Origin: a virus
Lineage: Duplodnaviria; Caudoviricetes
Virus record (IMG/VR): IMGVR_UViG_3300001347_000019
Coordinates: 1-36,945 of that record
Reading direction: 5' to 3' (one strand)
DNA length: 36,945 bases
Shown here piece after piece: positions 28,251 to 35,557 of the stretch (its first letter is position 1; every line of letters starts with the position of its first letter). The notes under the pieces were generated by a model. It was not told the origin of the DNA and ran no database searches. It saw only the letters and a list, made by a program, of their open reading frames with translations. The translations under genes were made by a program, and so were the position numbers.

Positions 28251-28792
28251 CGGTCTCTTTTTTGTAATACAGGAGATAAAGTAGGCCATTCCATCTGATA
28301 ATCAGGATCATTCCATTTCACCACCCCTTGTTCATTAGCATCGACATAGCCGTCTTTATAAAATAAATTGTAATGGAACATACAATCAGTTAAGGCATAA
28401 TGCCCGTTAGCAAACCCTGGTGGAATTAACACCTGGTTTCTATCTTTTTCAGTTATCATAAATGATTCCCAAACACCAAAAGTAGCAGATTCTTTTCTTA
28501 CATCTAATACAATTAAGTATATATCACCTACGGCTGCTTGAACTAATTTCCAAGTCTTATTATCATAATGTAGCCCTCTCAGTACACCTTTGTATGATTT
28601 AGAAAATCTACCGTGAATACTAATTTCATTTTTTTCGTAATGGATATGCTTCATTACTGGATGCTCTTCACTATGAAATGTAGTAAATATTTCACCTCTA
28701 TATTCCCTATAGATTGAAGGAGTGAAGACTGGTACCTGATACCCAAATTTCTTTGATGGAGTTTCTATGAACTCATCCCATTTATTGCTCAT
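28247..28792 (-). CDS. rmlC: dTDP-4-dehydrorhamnose 3,5-epimerase family protein
   Basis: RGEIF, SKSYKGVLRGLHY, KLVQ...G.I..IVLDVRKES.TFG.W, LIPPGFANGH, WNDP...WP...S..KRD. Confidence 0.9.
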   Translation of the reverse strand: MSNKWDEFIETPSKKFGYQVPVFTPSIYREYRGEIFTTFHSEEHPVMKHIHYEKNEISIHGRFSKSYKGVLRGLHYDNKTWKLVQAAVGDIYLIVLDVRKESATFGVWESFMITEKDRNQVLIPPGFANGHYALTDCMFHYNLFYKDGYVDANEQGVVKWNDPDYQMEWPTLSPVLQKRDR

Positions 28793-29247
28793 ATTAATGT
28801 TGTATGTTGTGATGTAAATAAATGATTATTTAGAAAACCTACTAATGTAAATCGTTTACCAATGCAATTTTCTACTCTATGAGCTTCATCTCTTGTGAAG
28901 TACACCATAGTCCCAATTTTTGGTTTTAAACTTACCTCACTGAATACCAATTCACCCCCTGAGTAATTATCATTTAAAAATATAACAAATGAATAACGAT
29001 TTAGATGTAAATGTGTAGTTTCAACTTGCTCAATATCCTCATCAGTACACTGTATTCTAAATTTCTTAAAATCACAGTTTAACAACTCAGGAATAATATC
29101 AATAACTTTTTTCAAATGTGGAATTAAATTAAATCCTTGAAAACGGTAAATATTATCCTGACTTACTATAACATCTGTATTACTCCATAAATTCAATATA
29201 GAATTACATTGTGTTTTTGATATATAGTCATCTATGATTGTAATCAT
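28789..29247 (-). CDS. 2OG-Fe(II) oxygenase superfamily protein
   Basis: SFVIFLNDNYSGGELVF, PKIGTMVYF, HRV, GKRFTLVGF; the HxD site reads HLH/HLN. Confidence 0.8.
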   Translation of the reverse strand: MITIIDDYISKTQCNSILNLWSNTDVIVSQDNIYRFQGFNLIPHLKKVIDIIPELLNCDFKKFRIQCTDEDIEQVETTHLHLNRYSFVIFLNDNYSGGELVFSEVSLKPKIGTMVYFTRDEAHRVENCIGKRFTLVGFLNNHLFTSQHTTLI

Positions 29248-29262
29248 ATAACATTACTCATA

Positions 29263-30234
29263 TTATGTTTGATTAGCGTAACCTAAAGGGAAACCGTTTC
29301 TGAATTCTGCTCCCATTTTAGGGACTATCATCTGGTAAGCCATTATTAGTTGTAGTATGCCGTTATCAATATTCCATTCCGGCTTCCATCCTGTAGCTTC
29401 AATCTTAGTATTAGATACGATATAGTTACGCTTGTCCGGATCTTCATAATAGTCATCGTACACCACCGCAAAATCTTTTACATGTTTTTGTATTTTCTCT
29501 AGTAGTTCTTGTTTAGAAAGATTAGCATCACTTAGTCCGACATTAAAAATTTCACCCTTGTAGGTATTATAATTGTCTAGCATAAATAAAAATGCATTTG
29601 CTACATCCTGTATATGTATAAAATTTCTTTTAAAACTCTTCTCAAACACTACAATGTACTTATCAGTAATAGCTTTATAGGTAAAGTCATTTACAAGCAA
29701 ATCAGTTCTCATTCTAGTGGAAACACCGAAAACAGTTGCTAATCTAAAAATTATAGCATCTGTATTTAATTTTAAATAATCTTCTGCCCTACATTTAGTA
29801 CTACCGTAAATAGAAATAGGGCTCAAAGGAGACTCTTCGGTGTATTCTACTTGAACAGACCCTATACCGTACCCACTATTAGTATTAGGATAAAGTATTT
29901 TTTTATTTTTACCTTGTATGAATCTGACAATATTACATATCTGTTTAAAATTTACATCCTCTGCTAAATCCGGTTCAGAAGCACAAGCTGGAAAACCAAC
30001 AATCGCCGCCAAAGGTATAATAACATCAGCATCGTTACATAATCTTTCTAAAAGATCTAGATTACGAACATCACCGTGTATAAATTTAAAATTAGGATTA
30101 GAGGTATAGGATAGAAGAGAAACTTGATTGAATATTAGTTTATCTAAGACTACAACTTCATGACCAGATATCAACATCTTACCGACTATAACCGAACCGA
30201 GATAACCAGCACCTCCTGTAATTAGTATTTTCAT
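29263..30234 (-). CDS. NAD-dependent nucleotide-sugar epimerase/dehydratase (extended SDR)
   Basis: ITGGAGYLGS, LAAIVGFPAC, YGSTK (intact YxxxK), RLATVFGVS.RMR.DLLVN, RNFIHIQDVA. Confidence 0.9.
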   Translation of the reverse strand: MKILITGGAGYLGSVIVGKMLISGHEVVVLDKLIFNQVSLLSYTSNPNFKFIHGDVRNLDLLERLCNDADVIIPLAAIVGFPACASEPDLAEDVNFKQICNIVRFIQGKNKKILYPNTNSGYGIGSVQVEYTEESPLSPISIYGSTKCRAEDYLKLNTDAIIFRLATVFGVSTRMRTDLLVNDFTYKAITDKYIVVFEKSFKRNFIHIQDVANAFLFMLDNYNTYKGEIFNVGLSDANLSKQELLEKIQKHVKDFAVVYDDYYEDPDKRNYIVSNTKIEATGWKPEWNIDNGILQLIMAYQMIVPKMGAEFRNGFPLGYANQT

Positions 30235-30319
30235 AAGTAGAACATAACTAAGATTAAACTAAAATAAAACTAATTTGTATAATTAAATATTAAAAAAGTA
30301 GGTTAAAAGTAAAAATACT

Positions 30320-31069
30320 TTAAAGAATAATGTGATTTTGTTCGAGGTAAGGCAAGATTATCTCCTCAGTAAATTTTTCATGACCAAATCTAGTAGGATG
30401 TGAATCATGAAATCCATTGACGGGAGGACCAAAACCTTCTTGATTGTAATTGTCTTGTACCCACTCTAGGCAACCCTCTACAGGTAGAAATTTTTCCCAA
30501 TCAACCATATTGTAAAGATAGGAAATCTCCTGAATCTTGACTAACTCAGGATCAAAGAGCTTTTGCATTGTTGACATAAAGTATTTAATGTTCAATCTTT
30601 TCAAGTACCATTGAACTCTTAAAATATGTTCAAGAGTATACACCGTTGAAGAGACGACATGATTAAACACCTTATAATGTAATTCACAATCCTCAGAACT
30701 CTGCCAGTCAGGTATCATAAGTCTCCATCCATCCCATTTATAATCAGTGACATAGGTTGGGTTATAACTTTGATATGGGGGTCCAACGTACATGTCATCA
30801 TGAGATATATAACGTTCACTTCTATCTATAGCCGACCACATAACTCCTACTACTATATTTTCGGTATTTGTAGGTGCAGTATGGTGCCAACCGGCAGCTG
30901 CTTGATTTGTATCGTGTATTATTTTTCTTGAAATTAAACCGTTCCCCTGAGATGGGACAGCAGAGTTTATCATATTAAAGTCAAAAAGTTCTTGGAGTAT
31001 AACAGGCCAGTTATGATCATGAGCTGTAAAACTACAACCGCTTACTATTAAAGTTTTTTTAGATTCCAT
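30320..31069 (-). CDS. SGNH/GDSL-like protein
   Basis: VSGCSFT, NSAVPSQGN, VMWSAIDR, HDSHPT. Confidence 0.6.
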   Translation of the reverse strand: MESKKTLIVSGCSFTAHDHNWPVILQELFDFNMINSAVPSQGNGLISRKIIHDTNQAAAGWHHTAPTNTENIVVGVMWSAIDRSERYISHDDMYVGPPYQSYNPTYVTDYKWDGWRLMIPDWQSSEDCELHYKVFNHVVSSTVYTLEHILRVQWYLKRLNIKYFMSTMQKLFDPELVKIQEISYLYNMVDWEKFLPVEGCLEWVQDNYNQEGFGPPVNGFHDSHPTRFGHEKFTEEIILPYLEQNHIIL

Positions 31070-31113
31070 ATAACTAGTAAAAAAGTTTAAAGATACGTAA
31101 CTTAAAATCTATA

Positions 31114-31129
31114 TATAAATATATTTATA
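31114..31129. promoter_or_regulatory. Perfect 16-bp palindrome TATAAATATATTTATA, i.e. back-to-back TATTTATA motifs at the divergence point
   Basis: TATTTATA on + (31122-31129) faces the gene at 31149; TATTTATA on - (31121-31114) faces the gene at 31069. Confidence 0.55.
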
Positions 31130-31148
31130 AATGTAAAAAATTAAAGTT

Positions 31149-31790
31149 ATGAGCAAAGCTATCATAATATCAGGATACTTAAATAATCTCTCTGACAATA
31201 TTATACCTTTTTTAGATGTTGAGACAGATCTTTATGTTCATACCTGGAAAGATAATGATAATCTGCGATGGGTTGCTAAATTAGAAAGATACAAAAAATA
31301 TTGTAATCAATTTAACCTAATAGTAGAAGAACCAAAATATAATAACAAGTTACATTCCTATTTTTATTCTACCTGGAGAGCATTTAATAGTATAGAGAAC
31401 CCAGAGACATACAGCCAGATTATAAAGTTCAAACCTAATCTAGACTCAGATAGAATTAAATGTAAGTTTAATTTAAATTACTATTTCAACAAAGCAGCCC
31501 TACAATCAAGACCTTTACTCGAAAATGTGAAAAAAGAAGAGTGTTTTTTTGGGTCAATTTACTATAAGACAATGGATGAAAGAATGTTTTCTGGATTTCC
31601 GCAATCTTTTATGAACTTTTTTAGTTTAAAAGTACACGCCTTTGAAAAAAAGATGTTATATTTAGATAAGGTACTTGAAGACAAGTACGGAATTAATTAC
31701 GAAGGAAGCCTTTTTTGGATGCATTGGGCAGAAAATACAAATGTACCGTTAATACAAGATTTAGATTTAATAATACCTAACAATAAATAA
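31149..31790 (+). CDS. Hypothetical protein, possibly glycosyltransferase-like
   Basis: AIIISG...DLYVHTW...Y..IIKFKPN..DERMFSG loosely follows the A..lSG...D.f.HtW...YD.vir.R.D pattern seen in GT-like proteins. Confidence 0.45.
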   Translation: MSKAIIISGYLNNLSDNIIPFLDVETDLYVHTWKDNDNLRWVAKLERYKKYCNQFNLIVEEPKYNNKLHSYFYSTWRAFNSIENPETYSQIIKFKPNLDSDRIKCKFNLNYYFNKAALQSRPLLENVKKEECFFGSIYYKTMDERMFSGFPQSFMNFFSLKVHAFEKKMLYLDKVLEDKYGINYEGSLFWMHWAENTNVPLIQDLDLIIPNNK

Positions 31791-31792
31791 TT

Positions 31793-32047
31793 ATGAAGTT
31801 AAAAGAAGAAGAATTAAAACAAATAACCGATTTTCAGCAAAGACAAGCAAGTTTACAATCAGAACTAGGCCAAATAGGTTTGATAAAGATACAAATAGAA
31901 AGAAGAGAAATAGCCGCCAAAGAATACCACGAAACTACATTGGCCCTGGAGAAAACTATCGCCGCCGACTTACAGAAGGCATACGGCAACGGAACAGTGG
32001 ATACAACTACAGGAACATTCAATCCAACCGAAGCTCCTACAGAATAA
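31793..32047 (+). CDS. Small coiled-coil hypothetical protein
   Basis: 84 aa, heptad-like Q/E/K-rich helix ending YGNGTVDTTTGTF. Confidence 0.65.
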   Translation: MKLKEEELKQITDFQQRQASLQSELGQIGLIKIQIERREIAAKEYHETTLALEKTIAADLQKAYGNGTVDTTTGTFNPTEAPTE

Positions 32048-32129
32048 ACACCTTTATATAAGAGAAGGTACTATTTATTACTGCATTATAAAACACTAAA
32101 TACCAATTGAGGTTTTGATTATCTGTATA

Positions 32130-32137
32130 TATTTATT
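32130..32137 (+). promoter_or_regulatory. Putative late promoter motif TATTTATT (second copy at 32072-32079)
   Basis: 27 nt before the sheath ATG. Confidence 0.5.
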
Positions 32138-32164
32138 ATAGACATAAAATAAATTTTTCCTAAC

Positions 32165-33904
32165 ATGGCAGAAACAATAATCTCCCCAGGTGTATTCCAA
32201 AGAGAAAACGACATTTCCTTTATACAACCAGCACCTATTGAGGCAGGAGCAGTAATACTTGGACCAACCGTTAAAGGACCAGTAGAAATTCCCACAGTAG
32301 TAACTTCTTACGGAAACTTCACAAATATCTTCGGAGTAACTTTTGAATCAGGTTCTAACTCTCATGAATTTCTTACCTCACTAGCAGTTAAAAATTACTT
32401 CCAACAAGGAGGAAATACTTGTTTGGTAACTAGAGTAGTAAATGGATCATTTTCAGCAGCTACCTCTACATTTATATCAGCTTCACAGTCTGAATTTGCT
32501 TCTACTGCTTCCTTTAGTCTAGAAACATTAGGAAAAGGGGCTATCTTTAATAACTCTCAAGGAGTTGCCGATACCGGAGTAGAAAACACTGGCGGATCTT
32601 TAATAAGCGGATCAGCAGATAATATAAGATGGCAAATCAGCAATGTAAGTGCCGCTAAAGGAACATTTGCTCTTTCGATTCGTAAAGGAGACGATAGTAC
32701 AAAAGAAAAAACTATTTTAGAGACATTTAATAATCTATCTCTAGACCCTAATTCTCCTAACTATATTGAAAAAGTAATAGGAAATCAAGCACCTGCTATA
32801 TCTGGAGATGCTAGTCAAGTTATTGCTACAGGAGATTATGTTAATCGATCTAACTACATTAGAGTAGCATCAGTTAACCTACCAACCCTAAACTATCTAG
32901 GAACTGATGGCGTAACGGTACTTAGTGGATCTGATGCAAAATCTTTTACACATAGACTTCCTTTAGCATCTTCTGGATCTTTTTTCGGAGCAACAGGTAC
33001 AGTAGCTAACGGAGCTAAATTGTTTAAAGACATCAGCACAACAACACAAGGTTTAGCTGCAACTGATTACGATGATGTAATTACACTACTAGGAAATAAA
33101 GATGATTACCAGTTTAATATTATCTCAGCACCAGGTTTAGTTTACAGCTTACATTCAACTCAGATTGATAATATTATTTCTCTTGCAGAGTCAAGAGGAG
33201 ATTGTATCGCAGTAGTAGATCTTCAATCTTACGGTGCTACAGTATCTAACGTAGTAGCTCAAGCTGACGTGTTAAATTCTTCTTATACATCTACATACTG
33301 GCCTTGGTTACAAATGCAATCAGCTACAGGTAAAAATGTCTGGGCACCAGCTTCAACAGTAATACCGGGCGTTTATGCTTTCACTGACGGTGCTTCTGCA
33401 CCATGGTTCGCACCAGCCGGACTTGTTAGAGGAGGGTTGACAGGCGTTATTCAAGCTGAAAAGAAACTTTCTAAAACTGATAGAGATAATCTATATAACG
33501 GAAAAGTTAATCCAATTGCTACATTCCCTGGAACAGGTATCGCAGTATTTGGTCAGAAAACACTTCAAACTAAAGCTTCTGCTTTAGATAGAGTAAATGT
33601 AAGAAGATTGTTGATTGAACTTAAAAAATTCATTGGTAATCAAGCTAATAATCTAGTATTCGAACAGAATACAATAACTACAAGAAATAGATTCTTATCT
33701 ACTGTTAACCCATTTCTAGAATCAGTAACACAGAGAAACGGACTTTACGCATACAGAATTGTAATGGATGATTCAAATAATACTGCTGATGTAGTTGATA
33801 GAAATCAATTAGTTGGTCAGATATATATACAACCAGCCAAAACAGCAGAATTTATCGTTCTTGATTTTGTAGTAGAACCAACAGGAGCTTCTTTCGGAGT
33901 ATAA
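32165..33904 (+). CDS. Contractile tail sheath protein (T4 gp18-like)
   Basis: ISPGVFQREND, GPTVKGPV, YWPW, PWFAPAGLVRG, VNPIATFPG, FGQKTLQ, DRVNVRRL, FEQN, IYIQPAKTAEFI. Confidence 0.95.
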   Translation: MAETIISPGVFQRENDISFIQPAPIEAGAVILGPTVKGPVEIPTVVTSYGNFTNIFGVTFESGSNSHEFLTSLAVKNYFQQGGNTCLVTRVVNGSFSAATSTFISASQSEFASTASFSLETLGKGAIFNNSQGVADTGVENTGGSLISGSADNIRWQISNVSAAKGTFALSIRKGDDSTKEKTILETFNNLSLDPNSPNYIEKVIGNQAPAISGDASQVIATGDYVNRSNYIRVASVNLPTLNYLGTDGVTVLSGSDAKSFTHRLPLASSGSFFGATGTVANGAKLFKDISTTTQGLAATDYDDVITLLGNKDDYQFNIISAPGLVYSLHSTQIDNIISLAESRGDCIAVVDLQSYGATVSNVVAQADVLNSSYTSTYWPWLQMQSATGKNVWAPASTVIPGVYAFTDGASAPWFAPAGLVRGGLTGVIQAEKKLSKTDRDNLYNGKVNPIATFPGTGIAVFGQKTLQTKASALDRVNVRRLLIELKKFIGNQANNLVFEQNTITTRNRFLSTVNPFLESVTQRNGLYAYRIVMDDSNNTADVVDRNQLVGQIYIQPAKTAEFIVLDFVVEPTGASFGV

Positions 33905-33918
33905 TTTAAAAATAACAC

Positions 33919-33926
33919 TATTTATA
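33919..33926 (+). promoter_or_regulatory. Putative late promoter motif TATTTATA
   Basis: 16 nt before the tail tube ATG. Confidence 0.5.
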
Positions 33927-33942
33927 ATAAAGCAAACATAAA

Positions 33943-34440
33943 ATGGCTATATTAGATTCATCAGCAATAATGTTCAAAGCATTTGAACCCAAAGTACAAA
34001 ACAGGTTCCTTATGTATATGGATACGGACGGTATTGAAATACCTTCTTATATGGTAAAAAACGTTAAAGCTCCATCCTTTACAGATTCCGTTGTTAAACT
34101 TGATCATATTAACTCTTACAGAAAGATTAGAGGGAAAAGAGAATGGCAAGATATGACCATGACATTATATGATCCGATTACCCCTTCTGGAGCACAAGCA
34201 GTAATGGAATGGGCTCGTCTTTCCTACGAATCGGTAACAGGTAGAGCAGGATATTCAGACTTTTATAAAAAACGCTTAAGACTAGAGATTCTAGGTCCTG
34301 TAGGGGATGTTGTAGGAGAATGGGAAATACACGGAGCATTTGTCACTAATGCAGATTTTGGTCAGTTTGACTGGTCCTCTGACGCGGTAGTAGATTTAGG
34401 CATTACAATATCGATGGATTATTGCGTACTCAATTACTAA
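33943..34440 (+). CDS. Tail tube protein (T4 gp19-like)
   Basis: Follows the sheath gene; EPKVQNRF, GKREWQDMTMTLYDPI, VMEW, GPVGDVVGEW.I.GAF. Confidence 0.9.
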   Translation: MAILDSSAIMFKAFEPKVQNRFLMYMDTDGIEIPSYMVKNVKAPSFTDSVVKLDHINSYRKIRGKREWQDMTMTLYDPITPSGAQAVMEWARLSYESVTGRAGYSDFYKKRLRLEILGPVGDVVGEWEIHGAFVTNADFGQFDWSSDAVVDLGITISMDYCVLNY

Positions 34441-34468
34441 TAGACATTTTAATTTAGTACTTTTAAAG

Positions 34469-34492
34469 ACCCGGATTATTTCCGGGTTTTTT
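34469..34492 (+). terminator. Rho-independent terminator
   Basis: Stem ACCCGGA, loop TTATT, stem TCCGGGT, then a T-run; 28 nt after the tube stop codon. Confidence 0.85.
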
Positions 34493-34518
34493 GTTGTATA
34501 TTAACTTTTTTTTAGTTA

Positions 34519-34526
34519 TATTTATA
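34519..34526 (+). promoter_or_regulatory. Putative promoter motif TATTTATA
   Basis: Lies just after the terminator and 28 nt before the ATG at 34555. Confidence 0.5.
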
Positions 34527-34554
34527 TAAGATCTAGTTATAAAAAATAAAATTT

Positions 34555-35292
34555 ATGGATTCTAAATTTCAAATGCCTACCGAAACGGTAGATTTACCCA
34601 CAAAAGGTTTACTTTACCCTGAAGATTCCCCATTAGCAGCCGGTACTATAGAAATGAAGTACATGACAGCTAAAGAAGAGGACATACTTACTAACACAAA
34701 TTACATAAAGAACGGTACGGTTATAGATAAACTACTGAAAGCACTTATTGTTACCGAAAATGTAGATTATAATGCGCTTCTCACAGGAGATAAAAATGCA
34801 ATCATGATAGCCGCTCGTATATTAGCATACGGAAAAAATTATGAAGTAGACTACAATGGAGAAACTCACACGGTAGATTTAACTCAACTTAAAGAAAAAG
34901 AAGTAGACTATTCTCTGTTTCAAAATCGTACTAATTCGTTTGAATTTAAATTACCTAACTCAGATAATAAAATAACTTTTAAGTTACTTTCTCATGAGGA
35001 TGAGAGAAAAATAGAAGAGGAACAGAAAGGATTAAAGAAAATAAATAAAGACAGTAGTACAGAAGTAACTACCAGGCTGAAGTATATGATTACCGGTATT
35101 AACGGTGTAACAGAAAAAAAAGATATTCGAAATTTTGTAGATAATTACCTACTATCTAAAGATGCTAGAGAATTGAGAAAATTTTATACATCAATATCCC
35201 CGGACATAGAGTTAAAATTTAGTACCACCGACGGCGAGGAGGACGTTGACCTGCCTATCGGGCTAACATTTTTTTGGCCAGATTCCAATTGA
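34555..35292 (+). CDS. T4 gp26-like baseplate hub / tail assembly chaperone
   Basis: PTETVDLPTKG, IEMKYMTAKEEDIL, ARILAYG, terminal FFWP; located between the tube and tape measure genes. Confidence 0.75.
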   Translation: MDSKFQMPTETVDLPTKGLLYPEDSPLAAGTIEMKYMTAKEEDILTNTNYIKNGTVIDKLLKALIVTENVDYNALLTGDKNAIMIAARILAYGKNYEVDYNGETHTVDLTQLKEKEVDYSLFQNRTNSFEFKLPNSDNKITFKLLSHEDERKIEEEQKGLKKINKDSSTEVTTRLKYMITGINGVTEKKDIRNFVDNYLLSKDARELRKFYTSISPDIELKFSTTDGEEDVDLPIGLTFFWPDSN

Positions 35293-35521
35293 TAGAGTAG
35301 GGGTATTCACACAAGTACATGAAATAGTTTTTCACGGCAACGGAGGATACAGTTGGGAAACAGTATACAATATGCCTATTTGGTTAAGAAGGTTTACATA
35401 CGCCCTTTTAAAGAAACATTACGAAAAAGAATCCGAAGAAGTAGTTCCACTACCATCTTCGAAAAATAAAATTCATAGACCAGGCATACAACCTTCATAT
35501 AGTACTAAGGCTTCTAAATAA
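35267..35521 (+). CDS. Unannotated +1-frame ORF, likely a frameshift extension of 34555-35292 (gp51-like / GT-type chaperone)
   Basis: Opens after TAA 35264-35266 and reads HFFGQIPIDRVGVFTQVHEIVFHGNGGYSWETVYNMPIWLRRFTYALLKKHYEKESEE...KASK*. No ATG before 35372; overlaps the T7 run at 35269-35275. Confidence 0.7.
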   Translation, partial: HFFGQIPIDRVGVFTQVHEIVFHGNGGYSWETVYNMPIWLRRFTYALLKKHYEKESEEVVPLPSSKNKIHRPGIQPSYSTKASK

Positions 35522-35531
35522 CAGAAGCCTT
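35507..35531 (+). terminator. Stem-loop over the stop codon of the frameshift ORF (possible terminator or processing site)
   Basis: AAGGCTTCT-AAATAAC-AGAAGCCTT, a 9-bp perfect stem with a weak U-tract. Confidence 0.5.
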
Positions 35532-35534
35532 TAC

Positions 35535-35542
35535 TATTTATA
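35535..35542 (+). promoter_or_regulatory. Putative late promoter motif TATTTATA
   Basis: 15 nt before the tape measure ATG at 35558. Confidence 0.5.
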
Positions 35543-35557
35543 GACATACCTTTATAT

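Noticed and set aside
6016-31790. Bacterial capsule/O-antigen locus, or a chimeric host-phage assembly
   Set aside because: No export, polymerase or initiating-transferase genes are evident. The island is joined to virion genes by very short gaps and shares their upstream motif. Read-level confirmation is still advisable.
32050-32069. ACCTT...AAGGT inverted repeat after the 84-aa gene
   Set aside because: Only a 5-6 bp stem; insufficient support for a terminator.
4925-34149. Other short (60-101 aa) ORFs nested in or antisense to long genes
   Set aside because: They overlap well-supported CDSs and show no recognisable motifs.
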